A stretch of 64,000 nucleotides of DNA from Candidatus Undinarchaeales archaeon (GCA_030753015.1 JASMDC010000011.1:21674-85673); one strand, 5' to 3'. Counted from the stretch's first letter, positions 43,201-52,480 are shown. Notes: a model not told the origin generated them from the sequence alone. Program-made: numbers and translations.

Positions 43201-43797
43201 TTACTCCAGGTCCCCATACCGCTCGTTCAGCTTGTCGATCAGGTTCGTGAGCTTCTCGAGCTCGCCGCTGAACTTGTCGGCGCTCTGTTCGATGCTCTTG
43301 GCTATGTTGCCCGCCTGATCGCTGATGTGCAGCAGTCCCTCGGCAAATAGGTAGCCGGAGGGCTGATGCTCGTAGACCTTTGCCAGCCCGTCTCCGATGC
43401 CCGTGAAGGTCTCGGCGAAACTCTCCATCCCGGCGTCGCGCACCTTTCCGCTGAGCTTGTCGAAGGCGTCGCGGGTCTGATTGGCGTACTCATCCATCAA
43501 TGCGTCGACTCCCTCGCTGCCGTACTTCTGCTTCAGCCCGAAGCTCATGAAGGTGGTGACATCGCCAGTGTTCTTCAAGGCATTGTACACAGTGGACGCG
43601 TCGTTACCATGAAGCTCCTTGAGATAGTCCTTGGCACCTGTATGCCATTCCATCTCCTCCAACTTGTCCCATGGTGGGCGTCCCTGGAGGATCGGCTGGT
43701 TGTACTTGTCCAGCACGCCCATGTAGGCATCGATCTCTTCCTTCATTCCGCCTATATCATAACTGGGGGCATCGCCCTCGTTTGGGAGCTCGATCAT
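43201..43797 (-). CDS. Hypothetical helical protein
   Basis: Internal ATG (MIELPNEGDAPSYD...) of track ORF 43201-43977. The N-extension would overlap the flippase 3' end. TATA-like GATATATATAC lies about 55 nt upstream. Confidence 0.55.
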   Translation of the reverse strand: MIELPNEGDAPSYDIGGMKEEIDAYMGVLDKYNQPILQGRPPWDKLEEMEWHTGAKDYLKELHGNDASTVYNALKNTGDVTTFMSFGLKQKYGSEGVDALMDEYANQTRDAFDKLSGKVRDAGMESFAETFTGIGDGLAKVYEHQPSGYLFAEGLLHISDQAGNIAKSIEQSADKFSGELEKLTNLIDKLNERYGDLE

Positions 43798-43897
43798 GTT
43801 TATCACCTGTGTACCATTAGTCCTTGAATGAAGAAAACGGCAGGACAGGGGGTATATATATCTTTTGGATTGGGTGTCACTTATAAGGGGTGACGTG

Positions 43898-45418
43898 TCA
43901 ATCCTCGGCGTCCTCATCAGCTGAAACACCCTTCCCGGATAAGGGATCGATGAACTCCCTGACGACTGTCCGGTCATCGTCTGTCACGCACAGGTACATG
44001 AAGGCCGGAATGTAGACGAGGAAGCCCACGGCAGCGCGGGCCGCTATGGCGGGGACGGGCGATGTCACCGGTACCGACCGCATGGCAGCGAACGCGACCA
44101 GTGCAAGTATGCAGCTTGTTGGGATCCCCGCGAAAGAAGGTCGTCCGACCTCTTTCCCGAGTAGGCGGATGTAGAGGGCGACTGCACCCCCTGCGGCCAC
44201 GAGTCGTGCGATGGCAGCACCGGTGGCGCTCAGCTCGGGGACCAGCACGAGGTCCAGGCCGACGAGGAGCGAGAGGTAGGCAAGGTTGATGCGCAGCACA
44301 TCCCGGGACCTCCCGAGGCCGCCGGCCATCTGGAAGAAGAGGAGGGTGAGCATCTGGAAGAGCACGGCGAAGGCGAGGACCGCTGTCAAGCGGGCCATCT
44401 CCGGGAGGTAGGGCCCGTATCGCTGGGCGTAGAGATATGTCACCAGAGGATCCGCGATCCCTGCGACCAGCAGGGCGACGGGGAGGAAGGCGAACCATGG
44501 GTAGCGGACCAGGGCGCCGAACAGCCGCTTGAGCCGACGTTCGTCTCCCCCGGACGAGAGACCGGCGGCCAGTGGCATGATGAGAGGCGCGACAAAGAAG
44601 GAGAGGTTCGCCAGGCTGATGGTGAAGGGGAAGCATGCCTGGTAGGCACCGACAACCGCCTTGCCAGCGATGCGTGTGATGATGGCTGTGTCCACCAGCT
44701 CAGAGACCGTGACGAACATGTTGGAGATCCCCAGGGGGATGGCGAAGGTGCTGAGCCGTTTGATCGAATCCGATGAAGGCATCACGGGGCGGATCCCGCC
44801 AGCGTTCCTCGAGACAAGGAAAAGGCCTGCCACGGTGCTGACGACGAAGCTGGCGATGACCGCGGCGATGACACCGCGTAGACCCATGCCCATGGAGAGG
44901 AGGGCCACGGCGATCACGAGCTGGACGAGCGTGCTCAATGCCCGTACCATCCCTTCCTGATCCTGGCGCTGGAATCCGCGCAGGGCGTAGAACGTGGCGT
45001 CGAACAGAGCGAATAGAGGGATGGCGAGCGCGAACAGGGCGATGGTGGACGCGAGCTCGGGATCGCTGTACACAGCGGTCGCCACATAGTCGGAGGCTAG
45101 GAAGAGGCCTACACCGGCGATACCGCCGGTGACGATGACGAGGGCAAGACACCCCGAGAGCGTTTCGGACACCGCCTCGCTGTCCTCCTGCTCCTTGTGC
45201 TCCGCGATGAACCGGGTGAGGGCGAAGGGGTAGCCAAGCTGGGAGACGAAGGCGATGAACGAGCACAGTCCGAGCCCGATGGCGAACGCTCCGTTGTGCG
45301 CCGGCCCGAGCCATCCTGCCACCGTGACCTTGAAGATGAAGGAGAAGACGAAGCTGGCGACAAGGAACGCCCAATACCGTAGGGCGAGCGCGGACAGCCT
45401 GTCGAGCACTTTGCCCAT
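43898..45418 (-). CDS. MOP-superfamily polysaccharide/oligosaccharide flippase (Wzx/RfbX-like)
   Basis: 506-aa ORF with about 12-14 hydrophobic helices. N-terminal pattern LALRYWAFLVASFVFSFIFKVTVAGWLGP...G.F. Confidence 0.8.
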   Translation of the reverse strand: MGKVLDRLSALALRYWAFLVASFVFSFIFKVTVAGWLGPAHNGAFAIGLGLCSFIAFVSQLGYPFALTRFIAEHKEQEDSEAVSETLSGCLALVIVTGGIAGVGLFLASDYVATAVYSDPELASTIALFALAIPLFALFDATFYALRGFQRQDQEGMVRALSTLVQLVIAVALLSMGMGLRGVIAAVIASFVVSTVAGLFLVSRNAGGIRPVMPSSDSIKRLSTFAIPLGISNMFVTVSELVDTAIITRIAGKAVVGAYQACFPFTISLANLSFFVAPLIMPLAAGLSSGGDERRLKRLFGALVRYPWFAFLPVALLVAGIADPLVTYLYAQRYGPYLPEMARLTAVLAFAVLFQMLTLLFFQMAGGLGRSRDVLRINLAYLSLLVGLDLVLVPELSATGAAIARLVAAGGAVALYIRLLGKEVGRPSFAGIPTSCILALVAFAAMRSVPVTSPVPAIAARAAVGFLVYIPAFMYLCVTDDDRTVVREFIDPLSGKGVSADEDAED

Positions 45419-45440
45419 CGCGGACGCGTCCGTCCGTAGC

Positions 45441-45447
45441 TTTATAT
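45441..45447. promoter_or_regulatory. Single central TATA element (TTTATAT) in a 53-bp divergent intergenic region
   Basis: About 26 nt from the flippase ATG (45418) and about 28 nt from the ATG at 45472. Confidence 0.5.
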
Positions 45448-45471
45448 GTGTTCAGCACCTTCCCGCATTCG

Positions 45472-45930
45472 ATGAAGGACGGGGGCTGGGAGGCCATCGA
45501 GGAGGAACTCATCTCCCTCGAGCTGAAGCTCCAGCATACGAGGCCCTTCGAAGTCACAGTCGATGAGGACGAGGATGTCCATATCAATGAGGTCCTTGAC
45601 GCCAGCGTGTGGATCCAGCGCCTCTTCGTGGACGAGGTCCGTCTCATGCTCTTCATCTACCTCCACCCGCGAGCGACCCTCAACGACCTGTACCGAGGCG
45701 TGGAGCTCGACAACCAGCGCCTTCGCCTCATATTACGAAGGGTGAAACCGCTACTCAAGGATGATGACGGGCACTACTCCGTGGACGTCGAGGTGCTCCA
45801 AGGCACGGAACTGTGGGACCTGCTCCAGCTCCTCGAGGGCTACTACTTCAACGTCAAGCGGCGTTTCCACCACCGGGAGCTGGTGGAGCGAAGGAACAAA
45901 GCGCGCCGGTCCTGGCGGGACCGCGGTTAA
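45472..45930 (+). CDS. Hypothetical protein (possible winged-helix)
   Basis: Frame of track ORF 45448-45930. The ATG at 45472 is the first start downstream of the TATA. No motif recognised. Confidence 0.5.
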   Translation: MKDGGWEAIEEELISLELKLQHTRPFEVTVDEDEDVHINEVLDASVWIQRLFVDEVRLMLFIYLHPRATLNDLYRGVELDNQRLRLILRRVKPLLKDDDGHYSVDVEVLQGTELWDLLQLLEGYYFNVKRRFHHRELVERRNKARRSWRDRG

Positions 45931-46484
45931 TTGCCCGCTATACGCAAGCATCGCTCCCTGGTGCTCGGGCCGTTAACGTTCCTGCATGCAACCTCAGCGA
46001 GCCCGATGGGGAGCTTGCGTGTGCTCACGATGTGGAGGATGCACGAGTCCCGGAGTCCAGAGTTCTGAATGGCGCGGCACACGAACATGGCCCCCTGAGG
46101 ATCCGTCTGCGAGGAACGACGTGCGAGGTCCAGCAGGCATCCTTCTCGGCGGTCGCCCACGCAAAGGACGGCCCCCGCCTCCACTCCTGCGCTCCCTTCG
46201 CTACGGGATACGGCGGCCTGGGCGAGACAGGGCTCCACTTGTCCGGGATCGCCGATCTGGGCGAGACAGAGCTGCTTTGCGCCCTCTGCGTCCGTTCGCG
46301 CCAGTTCCGATGCCTGCTCGATGTAGCACTGGTCTCTTCGTGTCCCGGACGGTTCGATCGTACAGTCCCGTAAGGCCTCCTCCATTATGGGGGATGACGA
46401 GAGATAGCTGGTGATAAAGAAGAGCGCGAGGACAGCTGCGAGGACAGCTGCGATGAACACGACGCCACTCCTACCTCTAGCCAT
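45927..46484 (-). CDS. Membrane-anchored cysteine-repeat protein
   Basis: 185-aa ORF with an N-terminal TM helix. Roughly 6-7 repeats of an ..R(D/E).C....A-type helical hairpin unit (RRDQCYIEQA, AKQLCLAQI, VEPCLAQAA, REGCLLDLA, AMFVCRAIQ, LRDSCILHI, RERCLRIA). Confidence 0.6.
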   Translation of the reverse strand: MARGRSGVVFIAAVLAAVLALFFITSYLSSSPIMEEALRDCTIEPSGTRRDQCYIEQASELARTDAEGAKQLCLAQIGDPGQVEPCLAQAAVSRSEGSAGVEAGAVLCVGDRREGCLLDLARRSSQTDPQGAMFVCRAIQNSGLRDSCILHIVSTRKLPIGLAEVACRNVNGPSTRERCLRIAGN

Positions 46485-46601
46485 TGCTCACGGTGTACCG
46501 GCTAGGAGTTAAATTGGTATCCCCCATTCGCCTCGATGCGAACACCTAAAGGGAACGTTTAAAACCGATCTCGTACAGTCGAATGGGCTTAGTGAGGCGT
46601 T

Positions 46602-46823
46602 ATGTACCGAGCAAGAGAGATCGAGAACGAAGTGATGCACAAGATGGCCTGGATGCAGGCGAACGGTGACACCCGGATCGTCGGGCTCACGGCTCTCGCC
46701 CGCGTCACCGGTATGGGGCACAAGGATGTTGGTCGCGCCCTCCAGCGCCTTCTCGTCCGTGGTGACGTTGGCAAGGTGCTCCGGGGACGCCGCTCCGGCT
46801 ACTTCCTGAGCTCTATGTCCTAG
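46602..46823 (+). CDS. Small putative winged-helix DNA-binding protein
   Basis: 73-aa ORF. LTALARVTGMGHKDVGRALQRLLVRGDVGKV is HTH-like. Confidence 0.5.
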   Translation: MYRAREIENEVMHKMAWMQANGDTRIVGLTALARVTGMGHKDVGRALQRLLVRGDVGKVLRGRRSGYFLSSMS

Positions 46824-46920
46824 GGATCACTCCGCCTTACGGGCACTCCTGCCGAAAAGTTTATTGCCCTGTAACGACAGAGAATATATTGGACAGGGTT
46901 TACCGGTCGGAGGATGTCGT

Positions 46921-48030
46921 ATGGGCTCGTTTCAGAGGCTTATTTTCCTAGTATATGTTCTGCTGTTGGTCCCCGGACTCGCCTTTGAGGTGAGGCCCGC
47001 GGGCGAGATCGTGCACACGAGCGAGGTGTTCGGTATCATTCTGGGCGACGGCGAGGTGTACACGGTCGGTGGGAACGGCCGTCTACGCGTGCTCGATACG
47101 AGCGACCATGCTCAGCTGAGCTCCGTCCCGATTACCGACGGCTGGTCATCAGCCCTTGCCGAATCGGGTGGCGACATCTTCATCGGGAACGATGACGGCA
47201 CGATCGCGGTCGTGGGCCGGCGAGATCTCGTCGAGCGCTCCCGGCTCTTCCTGGGCGCCCCTGTGCACTCAGTGTTCGCCGACGCGCGAGTGGTGGTCGG
47301 TGCCACCGAGGGCGGGCCCGTGGTCGTGTTCGACGCGGTGACGCTCGCAGAGCGCGGACGACTGTTCGGCGAGCCGTTCTTCCACGGGGCCGTGGTTGAC
47401 GGTCGTTATATCTACGCCGGTGGCGGCGGGAATCCCTGTGGGGCCGATGATGGCCCAGGGAGTGTGACTATTTGGGCGCGGGATGACCTTGCCCGGGTGA
47501 CCAGGATCCCGACCTCTTCCTTTATCTGGACGGTCGCTGTGGATGGATCCCGGATCCTGACCGGCGCCCAGGACGGGTGGCTGCGCGTGTTCGACAGGAC
47601 AACCTTCGGGCGACGGGACCTCATCGACATGGGGAGCGCGGTATACTCTCTCCTAGTAGGTCCCCGCCACGTCTACGTGGGCCTGAAGGACGGACGGGTC
47701 CGCGTGCTAGACAGCGCCACCCTCGAGGAACGCGCAACTGTACGGGCGGGCTCCGCTATCTGGGCGCTCGCGACCGACGGGGCACGCCTCTACACCGGTG
47801 GTGAGGACGGCGTTATGCGTGCGTGGGACCTTGGATCGGCCGTACGGACCTCGGACCTGCCCGGGTCGTCAGCGCTCTACACGCCCGCATCGGCCCAGAC
47901 GCTCGAGCCCGGTGTCGTCACTCTGGCAGGGATGGCGGGCAGGGAACCGGTCCGCGTGTCACAGGTGTCCTGGCTCTGGCGCATGACGTCCACCGAGAGC
48001 TCGGGCGTCACCCTCATGACGTTGGGATGA
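46921..48030 (+). CDS. Secreted WD40/PQQ-like beta-propeller protein
   Basis: Internal ATG with GGAGG 6 nt upstream. Signal peptide MGSFQRLIFLVYVLLLVPGLA. Repeated G..DG.(I/L/V)(R/A)V.D blades (GNDDGTIAVV, GAQDGWLRVFD, GLKDGRVRVLD, GGEDGVMRAWD). Confidence 0.8.
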   Translation: MGSFQRLIFLVYVLLLVPGLAFEVRPAGEIVHTSEVFGIILGDGEVYTVGGNGRLRVLDTSDHAQLSSVPITDGWSSALAESGGDIFIGNDDGTIAVVGRRDLVERSRLFLGAPVHSVFADARVVVGATEGGPVVVFDAVTLAERGRLFGEPFFHGAVVDGRYIYAGGGGNPCGADDGPGSVTIWARDDLARVTRIPTSSFIWTVAVDGSRILTGAQDGWLRVFDRTTFGRRDLIDMGSAVYSLLVGPRHVYVGLKDGRVRVLDSATLEERATVRAGSAIWALATDGARLYTGGEDGVMRAWDLGSAVRTSDLPGSSALYTPASAQTLEPGVVTLAGMAGREPVRVSQVSWLWRMTSTESSGVTLMTLG

Positions 48031-48729
48031 TCACTGCTCGGGAGGCCAGGTCCCCTGGTAGGGCTGCTGTTGCTGCTGTTGAGGGTACGCCTGCTGGTAA
48101 CCGTAAGCGGTCTGGTATCCCATCGTTTGTTCGGGCCGGGGCTGCATGGCCACACCCCGCTCCCGGTGGGGCATGAGGACGAGACCGAGGGTGACGACCA
48201 GGATCAGGATGATGACCGGGCCTGGTGTGATCATGTCGTTCAGACCCGGCTTGCGTGCGGGCTTTGGAGGCGGTCTGATCTCCACTGTCGTGTCCGGCGA
48301 GGATGTTGCGTTGGGCGTCACTGTCGGGAGCTCGGTGGGACGCTCGGGTGGCGGCAGCACCTCGCCGAGGACGTCGATGATCACGTCCCTTCGCACCAGC
48401 TCCCGTTTGGCCCTGCGCACGGATAGTCCGAGGACGATGGTCCCCGGCGCCTGGGCGGTGTAGTTGTAGGTGAACTCGTACGAGCTTTTCGGTGCGATAT
48501 CGGGCAGCCGGCGCGCGAGCGTTCCGGATGCATAGAGCTTGAGGCTCCGCGCGGGGTCATCGCCCGAATTGGTGATGTTGACATGGAGCGCAGCGGCCTG
48601 GCCGGACTCCAAAGAGAGCTGGTCGGGGGACACTTGAAGACGAATGATAGATTCTGATGCTCCGAGCGCCATGGCTGCTACCAGGACGGTGAGGAGGAGC
48701 CTTAGTCGCAACATCCGTTCATCCCTCAT
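48031..48729 (-). CDS. Type I membrane protein with a CARDB/Ig-like ectodomain and a Gln/Tyr-rich cytoplasmic tail
   Basis: 232-aa ORF. Signal peptide, LHVNITNSGDDPARSLKL (CARDB-like), Pro-rich stalk, TM helix, and the tail GYQTAYGYQQAYPQQQQQQPYQGTWPPEQ. Its stop abuts the convergent gene's stop (TGATCA). Confidence 0.7.
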   Translation of the reverse strand: MRDERMLRLRLLLTVLVAAMALGASESIIRLQVSPDQLSLESGQAAALHVNITNSGDDPARSLKLYASGTLARRLPDIAPKSSYEFTYNYTAQAPGTIVLGLSVRRAKRELVRRDVIIDVLGEVLPPPERPTELPTVTPNATSSPDTTVEIRPPPKPARKPGLNDMITPGPVIILILVVTLGLVLMPHRERGVAMQPRPEQTMGYQTAYGYQQAYPQQQQQQPYQGTWPPEQ

Positions 48730-48830
48730 ACTGTTACACGCGACGGACCTTCTATCGCTCTCTACCTGGATTCGGCAGGACGGGGCCCAGTTCTATCTAA
48801 CGGCCCGCCCGCCGGGGAAAGACCTCGCCC

Positions 48831-49073
48831 TCACTTCATGATGTTGACGAGGACGTAGGCCATACCCAGGATAAGGGCGGAGAAGATCATGGCCACGGAT
48901 GTATTGTTCTCCTTCAGCTCCTTGATCTCGTCTATGCCATGGGTGGCCTTGTCCCACAGTTTGATGGCCACAAGACATCCCATCGCGTAGAGAAGGATAC
49001 CAATGAGCCCCCAGAACACCGCGAACCCTGCATTGACGATCTGCTGGTTCATCTCAGCTGCTAGTACTGCCAT
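48831..49073 (-). CDS. DUF350-like small membrane protein
   Basis: 80-aa ORF. Two TM helices flank KLWDKATHGIDEIKELKENNTSVA, the DUF350 pattern. Confidence 0.7.
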   Translation of the reverse strand: MAVLAAEMNQQIVNAGFAVFWGLIGILLYAMGCLVAIKLWDKATHGIDEIKELKENNTSVAMIFSALILGMAYVLVNIMK

Positions 49074-49082
49074 AGTTCACCT

Positions 49083-50642
49083 TCACCTCTTGAAGACTAC
49101 GATAAGCATGATGAGAATAAAGCCCCCCACGGCCCCGCCCGCGACTGCGGCCTCTGTCGAGGAGAGGGAGAGTCCCTCTGACTTGAGGGTGACGCCCGCG
49201 TCCTTGCCGAAGTCGTACGCCGCCTCGACGTTCTGCTTCGCGAAGGACTTGCCCACGGCCTTGCCCGGCTCGATGCGCTGGGCTGTGTGGGCTTCCTCCA
49301 CGGCAGGTGTGGGGACCTCCTCTTTGAGGGAGGGTGTGTCCGTAATCTCGATGGGCGTGTCGACGGGAACGACGCGCTCGGCACCACTGGAGGCAGGTTC
49401 CCCTCGCTCGAGGTCGGCAAGAGGGAGGGCGTCGATGCCCGTGGTGAGGACCGTCCCCTTGTTGTACATGAGCGTGTAGTCGTGAACGATCTCGGGACGG
49501 TCGCCGTAGAACGACAGCTTGATGTTGGATACAGCGCTCTCAGTACTGTATGAGAGAATGACGTGAGATGCGGGTGTGTAGCCGAAGATGTCCCATGTGG
49601 CATCGATGCCTCGCCACTTGCCGTTCAGATAGCTTGCTGCCCAGGCGTGGCCCGTGTCGCCGGTGATGCCTGACATGGACAGGCCGGGAACGCCCTGTGC
49701 CCGTGTGAATGCGAGATAAAGGTCGGTGAATTCGTTGCAGTCCCCCTTGCGGTTCGTGTAGGCCCAGTCGGATCCCATCCGTTCTTCCATCTTAATGTAC
49801 TCGATGCTACCGGCCACCCAGTCGAACACCTTCTTGGGATCGGAGATCTCCTTGAGACGGAGGTCCATGGCAGGGGTCACTGACCAGAACGTACTGTCGG
49901 GTTTGGTACCGTTATCCCGGGGGTAATCCACCAGGTCGTCCGACGTGTGCACGAGCACGTCCTGTACGATCGTGTGGACCTTCGTGCCCGTCACCTCCTT
50001 CATCTCGATCTTCGCGTACTCAAGGCCCTCGATGTCCGTCGTTATGCCCTCCGGTTCCGTGGAGAGCACCTCCTGGTTTCGCGTCTGCTGGGCCACGAGC
50101 ACATGGAGCGTGAGGTCGGTGGTGCTGTCACCCTTGATGGTAATTGTCTGGGAGAGCGTGTAGCGCGCTTCCTTGAGCATGGCGGTGAAGCTCACATCCG
50201 AGGAAGCCATGAACCCGGTCCACCCATCTTTCGTTACCGGCTGCTCCTCGGTGTTGATGGTGACGATGGAGATGTCCTCGGGGACCCACACGGTGACGTT
50301 GTCGGTGGGGAAGGCGCCGCCATATGAGATATAGGGCTTCTCCTCGTACCCCATGGAGTAGAGGATGAGGATCTGTGGGTGCTCGCCGATGGTGATCTTG
50401 AAGCTCGCCCCGTCCTGCTCGTACTTCACGTCCCCTCCTGCGTCCTTGATCCCCTTCACGGTGGCCGTGTCCGGGAGGGTGATGGTGAGCACGGCATGCG
50501 GGGGCACGTCCAGTGTCCATCCGATGATTATCTCCCATGGTGCGATGACGTAGATATCCGTCGAATCAGCGCATCCATTGATTGGAAGGAGCGCGAGGGC
50601 GAGGAGGATGACAGCGAGCTTCCCGGGGAGACGTCCTTCCAT
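49083..50642 (-). CDS. Transglutaminase-like cysteine protease-fold surface protein with a lipobox-like signal and C-terminal TM anchor
   Basis: Internal ATG (MEGRLPGKLAVILLALALLPINGC...) of track ORF 49083-50981. Cys-His-Asp core RKGDCNEFT...GHAWAASY...GIDATWD. C-terminal hydrophobic helix followed by KR. Confidence 0.8.
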   Translation of the reverse strand: MEGRLPGKLAVILLALALLPINGCADSTDIYVIAPWEIIIGWTLDVPPHAVLTITLPDTATVKGIKDAGGDVKYEQDGASFKITIGEHPQILILYSMGYEEKPYISYGGAFPTDNVTVWVPEDISIVTINTEEQPVTKDGWTGFMASSDVSFTAMLKEARYTLSQTITIKGDSTTDLTLHVLVAQQTRNQEVLSTEPEGITTDIEGLEYAKIEMKEVTGTKVHTIVQDVLVHTSDDLVDYPRDNGTKPDSTFWSVTPAMDLRLKEISDPKKVFDWVAGSIEYIKMEERMGSDWAYTNRKGDCNEFTDLYLAFTRAQGVPGLSMSGITGDTGHAWAASYLNGKWRGIDATWDIFGYTPASHVILSYSTESAVSNIKLSFYGDRPEIVHDYTLMYNKGTVLTTGIDALPLADLERGEPASSGAERVVPVDTPIEITDTPSLKEEVPTPAVEEAHTAQRIEPGKAVGKSFAKQNVEAAYDFGKDAGVTLKSEGLSLSSTEAAVAGGAVGGFILIMLIVVFKR

Positions 50643-50664
50643 TATTAGCGACAAGCGGCGAAGG

Positions 50665-50709
50665 CTTTTATTGTTATGCCCAGCGCGCATCTCGCAAAAC
50701 TTTTTATCG
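50665..50709. promoter_or_regulatory. Divergent promoter pair (minus-strand AACAATAAAAG at 50665-50675; plus-strand CTTTTTATCG at 50700-50709)
   Basis: Each TATA-like box is 22-23 nt from its start codon (50642 and 50731). Confidence 0.5.
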
Positions 50710-50730
50710 TGTACGGTCCCGCAACAGTAC

Positions 50731-51711
50731 ATGGAGCGTAGCGATGCGGCGTTGGTGGTCGTACTGGCCATCATGTTCCTCACGCTCGCTCTGCGAGGGG
50801 ACGGGCCCGAAGCGATCGCGCGCCATCCCTCGGCTCCTGATTCGATCGCTCTGGGCGCTCTGTTCGCAGACCTCGCGAACATGCGCGTGGGCGATAACTT
50901 CACGTTTGTCAAGGGTGAGGACGTCGTGTCCCTCTGGTGCACCGGGGAGGGCAAGCAGGGTGATATCGAGCTGCGTGTCATCGAGACACTGGACCGTCGT
51001 TTCGTTATCGATGATGTCGGCCGGATACACGCGGTGTACGAGCTCCTTCAGGACAACACTGCTGTGCCCCTCCTGGAACGGCGACCGGAAGAGGGCGCGC
51101 TCGAGGCCACCGATCTCGAGGAGGTCGAGGTCGCCCTTGCCGTCCTTTCCAGCATGAGCCCTCCTCATATCATGGGCCTGAGGAACGGCACCTGCCTCAA
51201 CGGTGTGGTGCTCGTGCCCGGGACATACGCCACGGACTACCCGGAGCCAGGTTCGACGGTGACCGTCGAGAAGGGTGAGGGCGGGATTCTCGCCCGGTTC
51301 GGCCCCCTGCACGTGTTCGATTGGGAGAGCGTACCGGGCACAGGAGAGGCGGGGCTGCGGCGGTACCTGAACGATAGTCTGGGCGTGTCATGGGCCCTTG
51401 GGGCCGAGATCAGCCGGGATCCGGCCGGCGACCATATTAACCTCACCGCGCCGGGCCACTGGGCGTCTTTCATCCTTGATCCGAGCACGGGGGGCGTGGT
51501 GCTGCAGACCGATGAAGGGGGTGTCAGGGGCCTGACAATACGCCGCGAGAACGGCCGCGTGATTGTGTACGACCACGATCTCAGCCTGCTACTCGATCCG
51601 GAACTCCCCGTGGCCAGAATGGGGTTCGACCACACGACGGGCGAGATCTGGGTGTGGGACTGGCACCTAGAGGATCCTGGCCGGCTGCTCAACTGCACCT
51701 GGCTGACGTGA
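50731..51711 (+). CDS. Hypothetical membrane-anchored/secreted protein
   Basis: Internal ATG (MERSDAALVVVLAIMFLTLAL...) of track ORF 50578-51711, with an N-terminal hydrophobic helix. No motif recognised. Confidence 0.6.
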   Translation: MERSDAALVVVLAIMFLTLALRGDGPEAIARHPSAPDSIALGALFADLANMRVGDNFTFVKGEDVVSLWCTGEGKQGDIELRVIETLDRRFVIDDVGRIHAVYELLQDNTAVPLLERRPEEGALEATDLEEVEVALAVLSSMSPPHIMGLRNGTCLNGVVLVPGTYATDYPEPGSTVTVEKGEGGILARFGPLHVFDWESVPGTGEAGLRRYLNDSLGVSWALGAEISRDPAGDHINLTAPGHWASFILDPSTGGVVLQTDEGGVRGLTIRRENGRVIVYDHDLSLLLDPELPVARMGFDHTTGEIWVWDWHLEDPGRLLNCTWLT

Positions 51712-51726
51712 GCGCGTGAGGAGCGG

Positions 51727-52293
51727 CTATACCAGGAGCTTCGAAACGTAGTTGATGAGCTCGATGGATGAACGCAGGTTCTCGCCCTTGAGCGGCTCGG
51801 GCCGGAACTCCACCTCGACGAGCGTGGAACCACTGGACCGGGGATCGTCCTTGCAGATGATCTCGAGACGCTCGAACCGGGAGACGTCGTCCGTTGCGAC
51901 GACCAAGCGGCGCACCTCGGGGTCCGCCACGATGGACTGTGCGAACTGCTCGTTATCGGCGGTGATGTTGTACCGCTTGTCAAAAGCGTTGTCACCCGAT
52001 TCGATGTCCCGCTGGAGCGCGGACAGGTAACCTTCATGGGTGAGGAGCATGTTCAACCGCTTCCCGCGGTTGCAGACCGCCCGGACGTTGAGCGTGAGGA
52101 CCGGCCGCGTCAGGATCGGGAGCGCGCTCTCCGCCCGCGTGCTCCATACGCTCACCTCGAAGCCTCGGATGGGGGCTCCCGGGCCGAAGAACCGGATGAA
52201 CTCGAGCTTGTTCATATCGACCATGACGTTGGCGCCTAAAAGTTCCCGGAAGGCGGTTGCCGCCTCCTCCTTGAAGGTGTCCTCTTTCCCCAT
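51727..52293 (-). CDS. Hypothetical protein
   Basis: 188-aa ORF with plausible coding composition. No motif recognised. Confidence 0.55.
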   Translation of the reverse strand: MGKEDTFKEEAATAFRELLGANVMVDMNKLEFIRFFGPGAPIRGFEVSVWSTRAESALPILTRPVLTLNVRAVCNRGKRLNMLLTHEGYLSALQRDIESGDNAFDKRYNITADNEQFAQSIVADPEVRRLVVATDDVSRFERLEIICKDDPRSSGSTLVEVEFRPEPLKGENLRSSIELINYVSKLLV

Positions 52294-52480
52294 GAGACCT
52301 TAAGGACCGCTCAGTTATTAATGCTTTATCGAACGGCTGGCCGTAGATATCTATCAGGTCGTCGGCACGTGTATATCAGTCTTTTTCATCTATTTTCGAC
52401 TGGATGAAAGCGCTTACAGGCGTGTTCAGAGAATCCATATAACCCATTTCAGTGCTCAAGTGTGATGAAGATGATGCCCC

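Noticed and set aside
44700-45656. 318-aa minus-strand alternative-frame ORF over the flippase 5' end
   Set aside because: It is out of frame with a 506-aa multi-TM ORF that has typical flippase hydrophobicity. The translation is Arg/Pro-rich.
51237-52037. 266-aa minus-strand ORF antisense to 50731-51711 and overlapping 51727-52293
   Set aside because: Ser/Pro/Arg-rich, with no start context. It conflicts with two better-supported genes.
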